Positions 1 to 13,129 of a stretch of 64,000 nt of DNA are shown piece after piece. The stretch is from Octopus sinensis (taxonomy: Eukaryota). The notes below the pieces were generated by a model. The model was not told where the DNA came from and ran no database searches. It saw nothing but the letters and a program-made list of their open reading frames with translations. Position 1 is the first letter of the stretch; each line of letters starts with the position of its first letter. Where the stretch lies: NCBI RefSeq assembly GCF_006345805.1, contig NC_043011.1:17806464-17870463 (forward strand), given 5' to 3'. The position numbers were made by a program, and so were the translations under genes.

Positions 1-625
1 GACGCTCTTGAATGAAAACGAGGCTTCGGAACGAAAACGAGGCTTCGGAATGGAAACGAGCCTTCGGAAAGAAAACGAAGATTCGGAACGAAAACGAGGC
101 TTCGGACCGACAACGAGGCTTCCAAACGAAATCGAGGCTTTGGAACGAAAACGAGGCGTTAGACGAAAACGAGGCTGTGGAACGAAAACGAGGCTCTGAA
201 ACGAAAACGAGGCTTTGGAACGAAAACGAGGCTCTTGAACGAAAACGAGGCTCTGGAACGAAAACGACGCTCTGGAACGAAAACGAGGCTCTGGAACGAA
301 AACGAAGCTGTGGAAAGAAAACGAGGCTCTGGAACGAATACGAGGCTCTTCTTCAACGAATACGAGGCTGTGGAACGAAAACGAGGCCCTGAACAAAAAC
401 GAGGCTCTGGAACGAACACGAAGCTCTGAAACGAAAACAAGGCTCTGGAACGATAACGAGGCTCTGGAGCGAAAACGAGGCTCTGAAACGTAAACGAGGC
501 TCTGGAACGAATACGAGGCTCTTCAACGAATACGAGGCTGTGGAGCAAAAACGACGCTCTGGAACGAAAAGAGGCTCTGGAACGAAAACGACGCTCTGGA
601 ACGTAAACGAGGCTCTGGAACGAAA
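1..625. repeat. GC/CpG-rich tandem satellite/minisatellite, 19-bp unit (GGAACGAAAACGAGGCTCT), about 32 copies, running off the window's left edge
   Basis: Unit is directly visible; overlapping ORFs repeat NENEALERKRGSGTKTRLW (19 aa = 3 x 19 nt), confirming 19-bp periodicity. Confidence 0.95.
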
Positions 626-736
626 GGTCGGGCCCAGGCCAGACTCCCCGAGGATCGCCGCCAAGTACCGATGGTCGACACTATCAAATGCCTTAGACTG
701 GTCTAAATGTAGCAGAACCCCCCCCCCCTGCGCCAG

Positions 737-914
737 AAAAACGGATTAAGTTGAATATATCGACTCCAGTGCGTAACTGGTACTTATTTAATCGACCCCG
801 AAAAGATGAAAGGCGAAGTCGACCTCGGCGGAATTTGAACTCAGAACGTAACGGCAGATGAAATACGGCTACGCATTCCGCCCGGCGTACTAACGTTTCT
901 GCCAGCTCGTGCCT
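737..914 (-). mobile_element. tRNA-derived SINE family A (GGCGGCGAGCTGGCAGAA head), 3'-truncated copy
   Basis: Reverse complement shows A-box-like TGGCAGAAACGTT, B-box GAGTTCAAATTCC and the body GTCGACTTYGCCTTTCATC..TTCGGGGTCGAT..AAGTACCAG shared with more than 10 copies in the window; the body resembles the Meta-domain type from memory. Confidence 0.9.
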
Positions 915-3400
915 TTTATTTTCATGCATATTGTGCTGTTTTTATTTTCTGTTTTCAAAGAGAAACTCTTTGGAGTGCGTTCCTACTTTTTAACATGAAA
1001 ATAAAAGGGGAAACTCATTCCGTGTTAAAGCAATCCTAGAATGTATTACTTGTGTAAAGCGAAGGGTTAATGTCTTTTTAAAAATTGTATACACGATATG
1101 CGATTTTCCTGTGAGTACAAGTTTAAGATATGTTACCATTCTCTATTTTATAGCAGCAATTATAACAGTACTAGAAATGAAACTGAGAGTAAATATAACA
1201 GGCAGATGCGATACGATTCCTTACAACAGAATAAACAAGCAATATAAGAAAAAATGACAGACACTTATCTGTCAACAGTTAACTACGTATGCGTGTTTAA
1301 ATCATTTATTTTGATTGTCGAATATCAGTTATTTGCAAATGCAATATATATATGATTGCTGGACACCATCTCGATACATTTCGTCTTCGCCTTTCGTATG
1401 ATTAAAACTATATATATATATACACACACACACAATCTCACTCACAAACACATGGTCATAAACAAACACACGCATATATACATATGTATCAATGTGCGCG
1501 TGTGTGTGTACTTATATATATATATATATATATATATATACTTTCATACATTCTCTCATGTCTCATTTATGAATCTTTTTCTCTGTATACACCTTCGTGT
1601 CTTCCTAACTCTTCCTAACCAATCTTTATTCATATTTTTATATCGTTTATATTACCACCATATCCATCTTTACAACACCAACGCATTTTTTCTGTCTCTT
1701 TCTTTTTCTTTCTTTCTTTCTTTCTTTTCTCTGTCACTGAATCCTTGTCAAAGTTCACATCTCATTTCGTTTTCGTTATTCCTCAGTAATCAGCTCACAA
1801 GTTTGCAGGATGAGTTTCGTTCCGTCGTGTGCTACATTAATCAGTTCTTATAACAAAAGTGAATAACATTGTTGGGGCGAATACTAGTCAGAAACTGATA
1901 GGGAATATTTGGTCGACAAACCTACTGCAATTGGCACTCGCATTTTATTCAATCTCATTGTACTAATTAGGAAAAGAAGTGAAAACTCTATTGAATAATA
2001 ATGCGTCTAAATGTGTGGCATGGTCATTGTGGCCCTCAATTGATTAAGCATAAACCCAATAAGGATGGCCCAGCCGAACGAAAGTATGTAATGAATTACC
2101 TAAAGTTAAAAATAACAAATTTATCATCACTTATGTTTGAAATTTAAGGATGAATATATTTGGTTCAAATTGAGTGATTAGGTTGCAAATATGTTCTAAG
2201 CGTCATCAGTGTCCCTGGATGGTTGTTGCTGTTGTTCTCGTTATTGTTGTTCAACACTAATTTATTGTTGGTGTTGCTGTCGATACTGTAGTTTCCTTTG
2301 ATGAAAGACTGGTTTAAGGGAAGTCTGGCTGCCATTTCAACAAATTGCACTAAAAACATACAACATGTCACTTGTAAACGCGTAGCTTCAGTTAAAACGC
2401 TGACAGCGGACAGAAGCAGTAACGGATAAACGGATTTTGTTAAATATAGTATAAATATTTGCGATTGAAAAAGTTGAAAATTTCTCTCCACTTACAAATT
2501 TTCACTAAATATAATGAATTTAGCGGGTTTGATTCAAATGATTACAGATCTCCCGAAAAATGTATGCCATGTGTCGAGATAAAAATCCATTATCAGTACA
2601 TTATAGTGTTTAAGGGCAGTAACGACAGTGTAGAAGGTATACTGCTTTGTGGAATTATGGAATATAATTTAGTAGATAAATAGAGGATTTCATCTTTGTA
2701 TGTATAAATATTGAGCTTTAATTATAACTGCTATATTTGTGTTTCATGTTCTACATCAGAGTTCCAATAGTATGCATGCTTTCCTACAAAATAAATTCCG
2801 TAATTAGCATAGAAAGAGAAGAGAGAGAGGGGGGGCAGCCAGGGGAGCAGATATGAAAGTGACAGCATAAGCAAATCTGAAACATAAAAGAAATAACGTT
2901 CGATGTGCACCAGAAGGAAAATCTGTTAACTACTAGATATGTAATATGCAGTATATATATTTTGTATTAGTATATAATTATTTCCTGATGTAACAAAAAT
3001 ATTTTTAAAAAAACGGTGAGGTACATTAAGTTTACAGGAGGTGATACCAATATCGAAAACTACTTCAAAGATTTGAAACATCTTTTTCACATCTAAAAGA
3101 TATGAAACAAAGAAGAGAATGTTTTATGTCTTTCGTGGTATCTGAAATCGTGGACCAAGTAAGTTTCCTTGCAGCATATGTTTGGTTTCCATACGTTCTA
3201 AACTCACATCTCACTGTGATATAATTAGTTACGATTCTTAATTATCACCAAGTTTAACACAGTCACTTATATGAACGTGTTTGTGACGGAGTGAGAGGTT
3301 AACTCTCATCATTTTTCCTCCTATTAATGTCGGTGGCACTGGAATACTTCATGCCTTAAAAGATATCTATCAATATCTTTGTCTATGTATACGTGTATGC

Positions 3401-4831
3401 ATGTATGTATGTATGTATGTTTGTATGGATGTATACATATATTTCGCGATGGTGTTCTCTATTGCATTCAGAAACTGCAGATACGGTGTTTACGTCCATT
3501 ATCGAACCTCTGGCAGCATATATAATATCAGGCGCCTTGCTGCAAAAACAAAGATATTTACCTCTATCATAAGAGACCTTTTGTATGCAGATGATTGTGA
3601 GCTAGTAGCACACACACAGATTGATATGCAACACATTTTGAATGCATTCTCTGATGGATGCATTGCCTTAGGATTGACAGTCAATCTCAAGAAAATTGTT
3701 GTCACGCATCAACCTGCCCCTGGTAAGCAGTATAGTGTACCAAATATCTATGTGTATGGTAAACGACTTGATGTAGTTGATCAGTTTGTCTACCTGGGAA
3801 GCACTATTAATAGATATGGCAATTTGGATGATGAAATTCCATATAGAATTAGGAAAGCAAGTGTTGCTTTCGGAAGGCTAGAAAAGCGCCTCTGGAGTCG
3901 GCGAGAAATGTGCAGAAAGACAAAGATAAATGTGTATAAGGCATGTGTGCTCCCTTCTCTTCCCTATGCCTGCGAGACGTGGGTCACATATCGATACCAC
4001 CTTAAACAACTGGAACATTTCCATCAGATGTGCCTCAGACGGATCTATAGCATTAAGTGGAAGGACCGCATCAGTGATCTTGAAATATTGGAAGGCTCTC
4101 CGTGTGAAATTATAGAAGCTCTTGTGTTAAAGCAAAGGCTCAGATGGAGTGGTCAGCTGGTCAGGATAAAGGATTCAAGGATGCCAAAACAACTCTTTTA
4201 TGGAGAGTTAGCTAAAGGAGAACGACCTCCACATAAACCAAAAAGGAGGTATAAGGACTTGTTGAAGGCATCCTTAAGAGATGCTTGCATCTCTGCTGAC
4301 ACATGGGAAGGCATAGCTATTGATAGTAGCAGATGGAGAAGGATTGTGCATGAGGTGACAGCCACTTTTGAGAAATCTCGATTTGCACATGAGAAAGTAA
4401 GGAGGGGTGTCAGGAAGGGCATCGCAGTTATACTTGCAGAAGGTAAGGATCTTTCTTTGATGCTGACATGCAATGTCTGTGCAAGACCCTGCCTCAGTAA
4501 AGCTGGACTCAAGAGTCATCTTCGTAGTCATAAAATGAGACAGATGAGTGACAACCTGGCCACTGGTGGTGTTGTAGCACACCATACTAATCATATATGT
4601 CGGGCATGTGGAAGAGGGTGTAATTGGGCAGGGGGACGTAAACGACATGCAAAGGTACATGAAGCCCAGTTACAACTACAGCCGGCTATTACCAGTAAAG
4701 GTTTTAGTTGCCAATTTTGTACAAGACATTGTAGAACTTTAGCTGGGCTAAAATGTCACATCCGATCACAGCACCAGTACCAGTTAAGCTTCATGCAATG
4801 GTCATACTCGATAACGAAGGGGAAGCGATAA
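3401..4831 (+). CDS. 5'-truncated RTE-clade LINE ORF: C-terminal half of reverse transcriptase, thumb region and three C2H2 zinc fingers
   Basis: LLYADDCEL (YADD), GLTVNLKK, FVYLGS, YACETW, RLRWSGQLVRI..RMPKQLFYGEL typical of RTE ORFs; CX2CX12HX3-4H three times at 4469-4774; the first ~12 codons are (TATG)n microsatellite, homology begins about 3437. Confidence 0.9.
   Translation: MYVCMYVCMDVYIYFAMVFSIAFRNCRYGVYVHYRTSGSIYNIRRLAAKTKIFTSIIRDLLYADDCELVAHTQIDMQHILNAFSDGCIALGLTVNLKKIVVTHQPAPGKQYSVPNIYVYGKRLDVVDQFVYLGSTINRYGNLDDEIPYRIRKASVAFGRLEKRLWSRREMCRKTKINVYKACVLPSLPYACETWVTYRYHLKQLEHFHQMCLRRIYSIKWKDRISDLEILEGSPCEIIEALVLKQRLRWSGQLVRIKDSRMPKQLFYGELAKGERPPHKPKRRYKDLLKASLRDACISADTWEGIAIDSSRWRRIVHEVTATFEKSRFAHEKVRRGVRKGIAVILAEGKDLSLMLTCNVCARPCLSKAGLKSHLRSHKMRQMSDNLATGGVVAHHTNHICRACGRGCNWAGGRKRHAKVHEAQLQLQPAITSKGFSCQFCTRHCRTLAGLKCHIRSQHQYQLSFMQWSYSITKGKR
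3437..4830 (+). mobile_element. RTE-clade non-LTR retrotransposon, 5'-truncated, inserted in a (TATG)n microsatellite
   Basis: RT/thumb motifs; abrupt start just after RT domain 4; both flanks are TATG/TA repeats. Confidence 0.9.
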
Positions 4832-5003
4832 TGTATGTATATATGTATGTAGGTAGGTAGGTATATAGGTATGTATGTACGTACGAATGAATGTATCTAT
4901 CTATCTCTCTATATATACACGTATATATATATATATGTGCGTGTATATATGTATGTATATATATATTTATATAGTTACACACACACGTATATATATCTTT
5001 ATA

Positions 5004-5044
<41 letters not shown>

Positions 5045-5164
5045 TATATATAAACGTAAAGTACCTACTTAAAAAATATCAATGGGAGATGAAAGTATTA
5101 ATTACACCAAGATGTAATGATTATCCACACAACAAGATGGCTGTTTAAAATTTCTACGCTTTAA

Positions 5165-5595
5165 CCATAAGCAGCGCCTCCGACGGATGGTTAGCTCTGC
5201 TATCTGCACGCAGGATATATTGCAAGCAGGAGAGCGAACCCCTACAATATACTAGCAGACGACTGAACGGTTTCGGGCTATTTCTGCTAATATTCAGTGT
5301 TAGAGACAGCAGGAATTCCGTCCAGATTGAAATATATAGAAAACTAAGCGGCAATCAGTCACTGATATTGCAATATGCAAAGCAGCCATTTGGAAAGTTT
5401 AAATAATAAATTAAAGTAGTAGCCATACTAAGGAGTAAAATTTAGCCTCAGGTAGAGCCCCCACCAAATGGTTATCGGTGCAATCTGCACTCACTATACA
5501 TTGCAAGCAATGGAGCGAACCCTTATCATCTTCTAACAGACGACGGGATCACCAGTCCGAACGGTTTCATGCTATTTTTGCTTATCACCAAATCC
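5165..5595 (-). repeat. Diverged direct repeat (period about 281 bp) with decayed hammerhead-like motifs
   Basis: TTGCAAGCA..GAGCGAACCCC at about 5220-5242 and 5501-5522; GAACGGTTTC..GCTATTT in both copies. Confidence 0.55.
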
Positions 5596-5953
5596 TGCTC
5601 GCACGTTGTTTATACTCATTAACTATAGCGAACTAGTATAATGCGAGCTAAATATTCATACGCTTATTTCACTTCAGATCACGTCAGAGGATGGATCCTG
5701 AATAATATTTCATTGACTAATAACCAGTTCAGAGTAATTACATGCAACTTCAATTGTATTTGCATGAAGTAACCTATGTAGATACCTATACAGAAGAAAC
5801 CTATACAGCAGAATCGTGCATCGGACATATTTACATAAAATATGGTGTATATATAATAAATAAAAACATATAGAAGTGTGCTAATCACGACAATCATTGT
5901 AATTGTCTTATATATATATATATGTATCTCTGTATCTCTCTTTTTCTCTCACT

Positions 5954-6034
<81 letters not shown>

Positions 6035-7199
6035 GAATTCAAAACGAAGAAAACATCCTGACTGCAACGAACATTATCATAAAAATTACAACATATATAC
6101 ACATATAATAAAAAGTTTAGGTTACACTGTGTACCTTTTAAACTTTTGATTCCGTGCTTCACTTCTTCTGCGCAGCAAAACATTCATAGAATATATAAAT
6201 CTATGGTATATCTATATACGATGTTTTAGATCAAATTAAATGTAAATACTTTTTTCCGAGTAAATATCACTAACATAAATATACTTTGAGATATACTTAA
6301 CAATGTTTTGATACAACTTAATGGATGAATATCTGAATATTAAGCGACAACCAACATCAGTAGCTAAAGTGTCATTGGGGAGATACTATGAACATTGTAA
6401 ATTTCAAACTCAGACTATCGGTGTTTGTGATTTTCTTTTAAACTGGGAAATATATAGATATATTTTTCAATATGAAATATAAGTTCAAATACACATTCAA
6501 AGATATCATGTCGCCAAAAATCTAACATTCTACAGAAATATTTTGACATACTTAACGGGTGAGTGACACTATGAACTCGGCCCCCATGTTGGTGCACATT
6601 CCAAACAAATATAAAGAACATTATTCTTAACATATTCACGTTTCTGTCGCCATAAACCGAATCTTTGGTTGAAATATTTCATAAAACACTTTGCGGGTGA
6701 AAAGCAAATAGACCTGTATCATAAATTTTGCACGTTTATCCATTTGAAATGAATATCATTTGTGGACACGAATTTGAACATGCAAGATATATATGTATAT
6801 ATGTGTGTGTGTGTGTATATATATATGTGTGTGTGTGTGTTGTGTGTGTGTGTGTGTGGATGCACACATTGTTACATATCAACTTACATACACGCTCACT
6901 TAAATAAAACACACAAACACATATACATGCGTTTCATTTTTCTTTTATGGAATATAAAACGTAGCTGCTAGAATCACAGTTCATGCGGTTCCAACACGAC
7001 AAATTACATGTACCTGTGTATCTGTATATTTGTCTCACTCGCTTTCGCATCGTCTGTCTCTCTGTATGTCCGCGTCTATCTATTTATGAATCATTCTTTT
7101 CTATATGTATCTGCCTTTCTGTCTGTCTATCTATCTCTCTCTTTCTCTCTGTCTCTCTGCCCCCTCTTTCTCTCTCTCTCTATATATATATATATACAG

Positions 7200-7256
<57 letters not shown>

Positions 7257-7307
7257 TAAATATATATACATATGCAAATCAAATACGAACACACACACAC
7301 ACACACA

Positions 7308-7363
<56 letters not shown>

Positions 7364-9243
7364 TGTGTTAGTATTGATTTCTTTTTATAAGTTTAGTAGT
7401 GCACCAGTACTTGTTTATTGTACAATGCTGAAAAAGAAATCATGTAAACAAAGCAGGAATAAATCCATAAATTACTCTTTCCACTATAATTTGTCTCCTC
7501 TCCACGCAATTCCTGACCTTTTCAAAAATATTCATTCCTCCTTGCTTGCATTTCACGTTTGTATATGTTAAACATGATATAAGACCTAGAAGCCATCTAC
7601 TTGACATGAATAAAAAGCAAGCTCTGAAAGCTGGCCAAAGATTAAGACAGGCGGCATCCAACAGGAATGTCAAGCAAAACAAATGTAATTTATCTATTTT
7701 TCTATAAGTATATACTTAAGAAGGACAATATATAAAAGTTAAAGAAGATAAATGCATTTTCTGAGGATGCAACTGCATAAATATATTTTCGTTAAGATTA
7801 GAACAAAAGCCACTATGTAACAAGTTGTGCAGTTGGACAAACAACGAAGTCCAGTTGATGCATACATTTTTTGAATAAATTGTAGTTAATAGAGAAGCTA
7901 TGACAAGCAGTGTCATTATAATATGTATATCAGGCATTCTGTATCGATTTACGAAGGCGTAAGAATAATTTGAATTCAATTTATCAGCGTACAACATACA
8001 TACTATGCATATCAAAGCTCCTTCAAAGCTGTGAGTAGAACTTATCTTAATTTATATAAAGCACATACTGCATATGTTTCGTGCTGTAATCATGTTTCAT
8101 CAATGGCCACTCAAATGTATGATGAAGTGAAATAATCACGGTTGTAGTGCTGTACCTTATCTTTGTTGACTAGTTCAGACATGAAGATGAATTCGCATTT
8201 TGCATCAGTTTTTGCTGTGTAGGTTCGAGAAGTGAAAGTAGCAACAGGAAGGTGTTGAAGGTCTGAATTATACATCTACCCATGCTGTTATTCTGTTTTG
8301 GTTTGCTGATAGGATTTTCTGAATTTATAATTTATTATAGATGTATATTTGTGTGTAAGGCAAGTAACAGTGAAGAGCTGCAGTATTATTCCATACATTA
8401 AGAGTACATGTTATTTTTTTAAAACAATGCTGTTGATAGCGATTTCGAACCTTTAACCTGCTTAGCCTTGGTCGGACTACGGTACATTTAAGTTCATCTT
8501 GGCTTCATATAATCTCTAGCGAGATTAAATTTTCTTGGTAGGTGAAGATCTGTTGAATAATAGGTTTGTAAGTATGTCCTGATGTAAAAACATTTGTGGA
8601 ATGTTTTCGGCGATCAAATTTGAACTTTATTTATTGTTCCGAATTCAATGCAGTAATTAGAGATTTGTAATCTGGTGTATCTATTTAGGGGTGAGAGCTT
8701 CAAATCTTGAGGTTATGTTTAGTAGTTAACAAAAAATCTTTAGTTGGTCAGCTGCTGCCTTTATTTGTTGTTGGCGTTATTTAGGAGGTTTACTGAGTTC
8801 GTTTTCAAACGATAGGAGCTATTGCGCATGGTTTAGTCCACAATGTACACCTTTTTAATAAGATCCCATTATTTAAGTATGTTACGCTTACGTCATGGAA
8901 ATTGTAAGGCCTACAAAACAAAGTAAGTTTCAAACGTTTAAGCCAGGGATAAACACATTTGTATAGTAAAATCACAATGACTGAAATCTGAAACAACTAA
9001 ATAAGCGCATCTATGAACAAAGTATTGTATGATGGTGAGAACTATAAGCAAGAGCCTCCACTGAAATCAAACCTAAGACATCAAGGTATCACATCAGATT
9101 AAATGAAGAACATCCGATTAAAAAAAGAATTGTAACTACTCGATTTTTCCTAACTGAAATTCCTTCATAATATATAGGCATCTCAACTTAGCTTAGAAAC
9201 AAATTATGGTTGAACAGTGTTCTAACTATCACAATAAAATTAA

Positions 9244-9632
9244 GTGGAGGCGCAATGGCCCGGTGGTTAGGGCAGCGGACTCGCGGTCGTAGGATCGCGG
9301 TTTCGGTTCCCAGACCGGGCGTTGTGAGTGTTTATTGAGCGAAAACACTTAAAGCTCCACGAGGTTCCGGCAGGGGATGGTGGTGATCCCTGCTGTACTC
9401 TTTCACCACAACTTTCTCTCACTCTTACTTCCTGTTTCTGTTGTACCTGTATTTCAAAGGGTCAGCCTTGTCACTCTCTGTGTCACGCTGAATATCCCCG
9501 AGAACTACGTTAAGGGTACACGTGTCTGTGGAGTGCTCAGCCACTTGCACGTTAATTTCACGAGCAGGCTGTTCCGTTGTTCGGATCAACCGGAACCCTC
9601 GTCGTCGTAACCGACGGAGTGCTTCCTTCCTT
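9244..9632 (+). mobile_element. Full-length tRNA(Arg)-like SINE family B (octopus OR-type), 13-bp TSD
   Basis: Head GGAGGCGCAATGGCCCGGTGGTTAGGGCAGCGGACTCGCGGTC..GGTTTCGGTTCCC; TSD ACAATAAAATTAA at 9231-9243 and 9633-9645; second copy at 25407-25768. Confidence 0.92.
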
Positions 9633-10162
9633 ACAATAAAATTAAACTTAACTACAAACTATATAAAATCACGATAGACGAATTTACTTACGTAATTTTT
9701 GTCCGTGAATTCTTCAGTACGATCGTTCCAATTCAATATAATTTATAGAACTATACACTAGTTGTCCTTATAAAATTATAGTTCTATCGATTACATTGGG
9801 GTTACTTTCAAATGTCTAAGTTCCGGCGCGCTAAATCACGGTAACAATTCCGCAGTAGATAATTCAAATTCGTTGATAGTGAAACCGGTCTAAGATTAAT
9901 TCTGTAGTTTGTATATTTTCATCTGTCTTACCCGATGATACACTAGTGTTTGCTGAATTTCTCTAGAGAACATTCCTTTCTTCTTAGCTAGATCGTAGGT
10001 GATCTTCTTCTAGCATATTGGATGTCCACTTAGTGGTCATCCATATTATACGCATGTATTACAATTTTTCTGAATGTTCAGAATTTTCTATATGCTAGGC
10101 TACTGGTTTTATATTGATATTAATTAAAATAATATTCAATTTATCACCCTCATTATTTAAAT

Positions 10163-10250
<88 letters not shown>

Positions 10251-10341
10251 CGTATATATATACACATATATATACATATATATATGTTTATACAACTACA
10301 TATATGTATATAGATATACATTTATATATATATATACATGC

Positions 10342-10420
<79 letters not shown>

Positions 10421-12421
10421 ATTTATGAATATATAAACAATAAAATATAAGGGAGGAATATATATTTACTTAACCACTTCCTGGAGTTTATGGTCATTTG
10501 GCAAACTTCATTTTGGTTTAGTTTCGGAGAAGAAATTATGCTTACATGTCTGCATTAATATGAGTGTACTCTGCATTACAAAATACAATTGTATTTTTAC
10601 AAATCAATGCAAATAAATAAATCTAGCTCATCAGTCTACCAGGAAATGATTATTTAATTTTATGTGTATGTGTATATGTGTGCATGTATAGTGGGTGTAT
10701 GTGTATGTACATGCGTTAATTTATTTTACACGACGTGTCTCGATAGTGCGCTGTAGTTGTGCTCGAATCTTACAGCAAGAGATTTTTTTTACCAATGTTC
10801 CATGGAATTGTGTCCGGGCAATGTGAAAATGATGACAGTTAGTGACGTGAACGGCATCCGGGTATACAAAATCTGTGTGACCCCTTTGTGCATGAAAAAT
10901 CGGATGTTTCATAGAGAGTACAAGTAATTGATTGTTCAAGTGATTTATTTCCGTCGACATACACACTTACTTGATTTCTGACATTTATCAGTGGTTTCTC
11001 CCATTATTTTCTATCATTTTCTATCATCAAAAACATTTCGAAATGTTTGACGACATTGTTATGCTTGTGTATATATTTGGATTTACTGAGCGAAACTTTG
11101 AAGTTTACTGTCAACACTTATCTTCTCAAAAAAATAACCTGTTCTCTACAAAATTATAGTGTTAACCCGCTGATTTGCAAATTAGAACTGAACACGAAAA
11201 CAATGTATATACACATACATACAAGCATACATATGTATATACATGAATACATAAATACATGCATACCATACTTATTTGTATATATATGTTCGTGTGTATG
11301 CATCATCTATATATAAATGCATACATGCATATATTCACTCACACATATGTGTATGTGTAAGTAATATAAATATATATATATATATATATATGCACACGTA
11401 CTTCGGTAAAAATCTATACTTTTGACAACTTGAAAGCGTGAGACATATTTGCAATCCTTCACTTGACATTGACATTACAATAATTGTCACATATAGAGCG
11501 ACCTTACACATTTTGCCATCTGCTAGCATTGATTTGCTTCCATTATTTCAAAATCACATTACTGTCAGCTGATAAAAAAAAAAGCGATTTCTCTGGAGTC
11601 GAGTAAGTTTACCAAGTAAATTGATTTTCACTGAATGTTACATTGTAGCTCGTATTTAAGGATTTTGTTTAGCGCGATGTTGATGATTTTGAAATTACTA
11701 GAAAATTGACAATTCCGCATGAAAGAATCGTGCAAAGAGGGTACTTATCTTTTATGTCCGTCAACTTGTAGCATATTTATTATCTGACATACGCTGTCAC
11801 ATTTCCTTTTAAGCAGTATTCTAACAAATTTGCGGAATGCCAGGGATTTATTTCTATAATACGTTTTGTTCTGTTCAGGTACTTCTAATCACATATCTAC
11901 AGCGGTGCCAATATTAAAAATTTTCTTTCCTCCACAATATTTGTCAAGCTGATGTTTCCTAAATGCATCCATGAAAATCGTTCTCTCATTTAAAAGAAAT
12001 CACCTTCTCAAGGTAACATAGCATTGGGATTTCATTCAACAAAACCTAACAATAGCTTCAATATAATATGCCATGTTGTATACATCTGCAAGTGGAAATC
12101 ACATTAAACCATTGCACACGATAGGTTTCTTAGTGCTTGATGATATATCATGGTGACAACGCATTTATTTCACACATACAATTTCGCCCCAATCAAATGG
12201 GTTTTATCTCCATCGCAGAAATATTTCAGTAGTGATATGTGCTTAATCTGTGTAAAATCAAACGTCAACCAATATTAGACTAGTGCTCAAAAATCGAAAA
12301 TCCTGGGATATTTTACACTATATTATCATTTGGATAGTATTCACTCCACAACATGCTAACACCACTATTTGTAACACATCTTCTGGTGACTGGATTAAAC
12401 TTTTAACAGACTAGTAATTAC

Positions 12422-12694
12422 AGGCGGAATTTGAACTCAGAACGTAGCGGCAGAAGAAATACCTGTTTCTTTACTACCCACAAGGGGCTAAACACAGAGA
12501 GGACAAACAAGGACAGACAAACGGATTAAGTCGATTATATCGAACCCAGTGCGTAACTGGTACTTAATTTATCGACCTGAAAGGATGAAAAGTAAAGTCG
12601 ACCTCGGTGGAATTTGAACTCAGAACGTAGCGGCAGACGAAATACCGTTAAGCACTTTGTCTGGTGTGGTAAACATTCTGACAACTCGCAGACT
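12422..12694 (-). mobile_element. SINE family A, head-to-tail dimer
   Basis: Two GGAATTTGAACTCAGAACG blocks joined by GAAATACCTGTTTCTTTACTACCC. Confidence 0.9.
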
Positions 12695-13129
12695 TATCTG
12701 TGACGCATACAACGTCACATTCTATGATAAACATTAAATTCATTATGGCTGATGAATAGAACGGATTGAAAAAATTGGAAAAATGATGGCTCATGTGAAC
12801 TTTTATTTTTTCGTTTCAATGATATAAGATACAATAAATGATATGTAGGGTATTGGCCGATACTGATAGACGCTTGCAAACACTTCATAATATTTAGTAT
12901 GCATGGAACAGGATAAGGGTGTTTGTTTGAATCCTGTATTAATATTTCACTGCAGGAAAGTAGCTTCTCTATCTCCCTGCGGTGAAAAAGTTCTTATACT
13001 CAAGAGCAACTTAAATGAATGAAGTAGAACGCTTTGTACTCTATAAAACATTCTATTCATTTAGCTGGAGTAATATAAAACTGGTATGTCACATTAAGTT
13101 TTTACGCTATGCTATTTCAAGATTTCCTT

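Noticed and set aside
1-625. CRISPR-like array
   Set aside because: Units are contiguous with no unique spacers, there are no cas genes, and the context is eukaryotic
8-749. Overlapping ORFs with NENEALERKRGSGTKTRLW repeats
   Set aside because: Translation of the 19-bp satellite in several frames and on both strands; no evidence of a gene
2165-2491. Asn-rich 108-aa minus-strand ORF
   Set aside because: No recognisable domain; the Asn run comes from a decayed (GTT)n; no splice support I can establish
9244-9320. tRNA-Arg gene (also the heads at about 25700, 26920 and 42330)
   Set aside because: The tRNA-like head continues into a SINE body with a TSD; no acceptor stem closure
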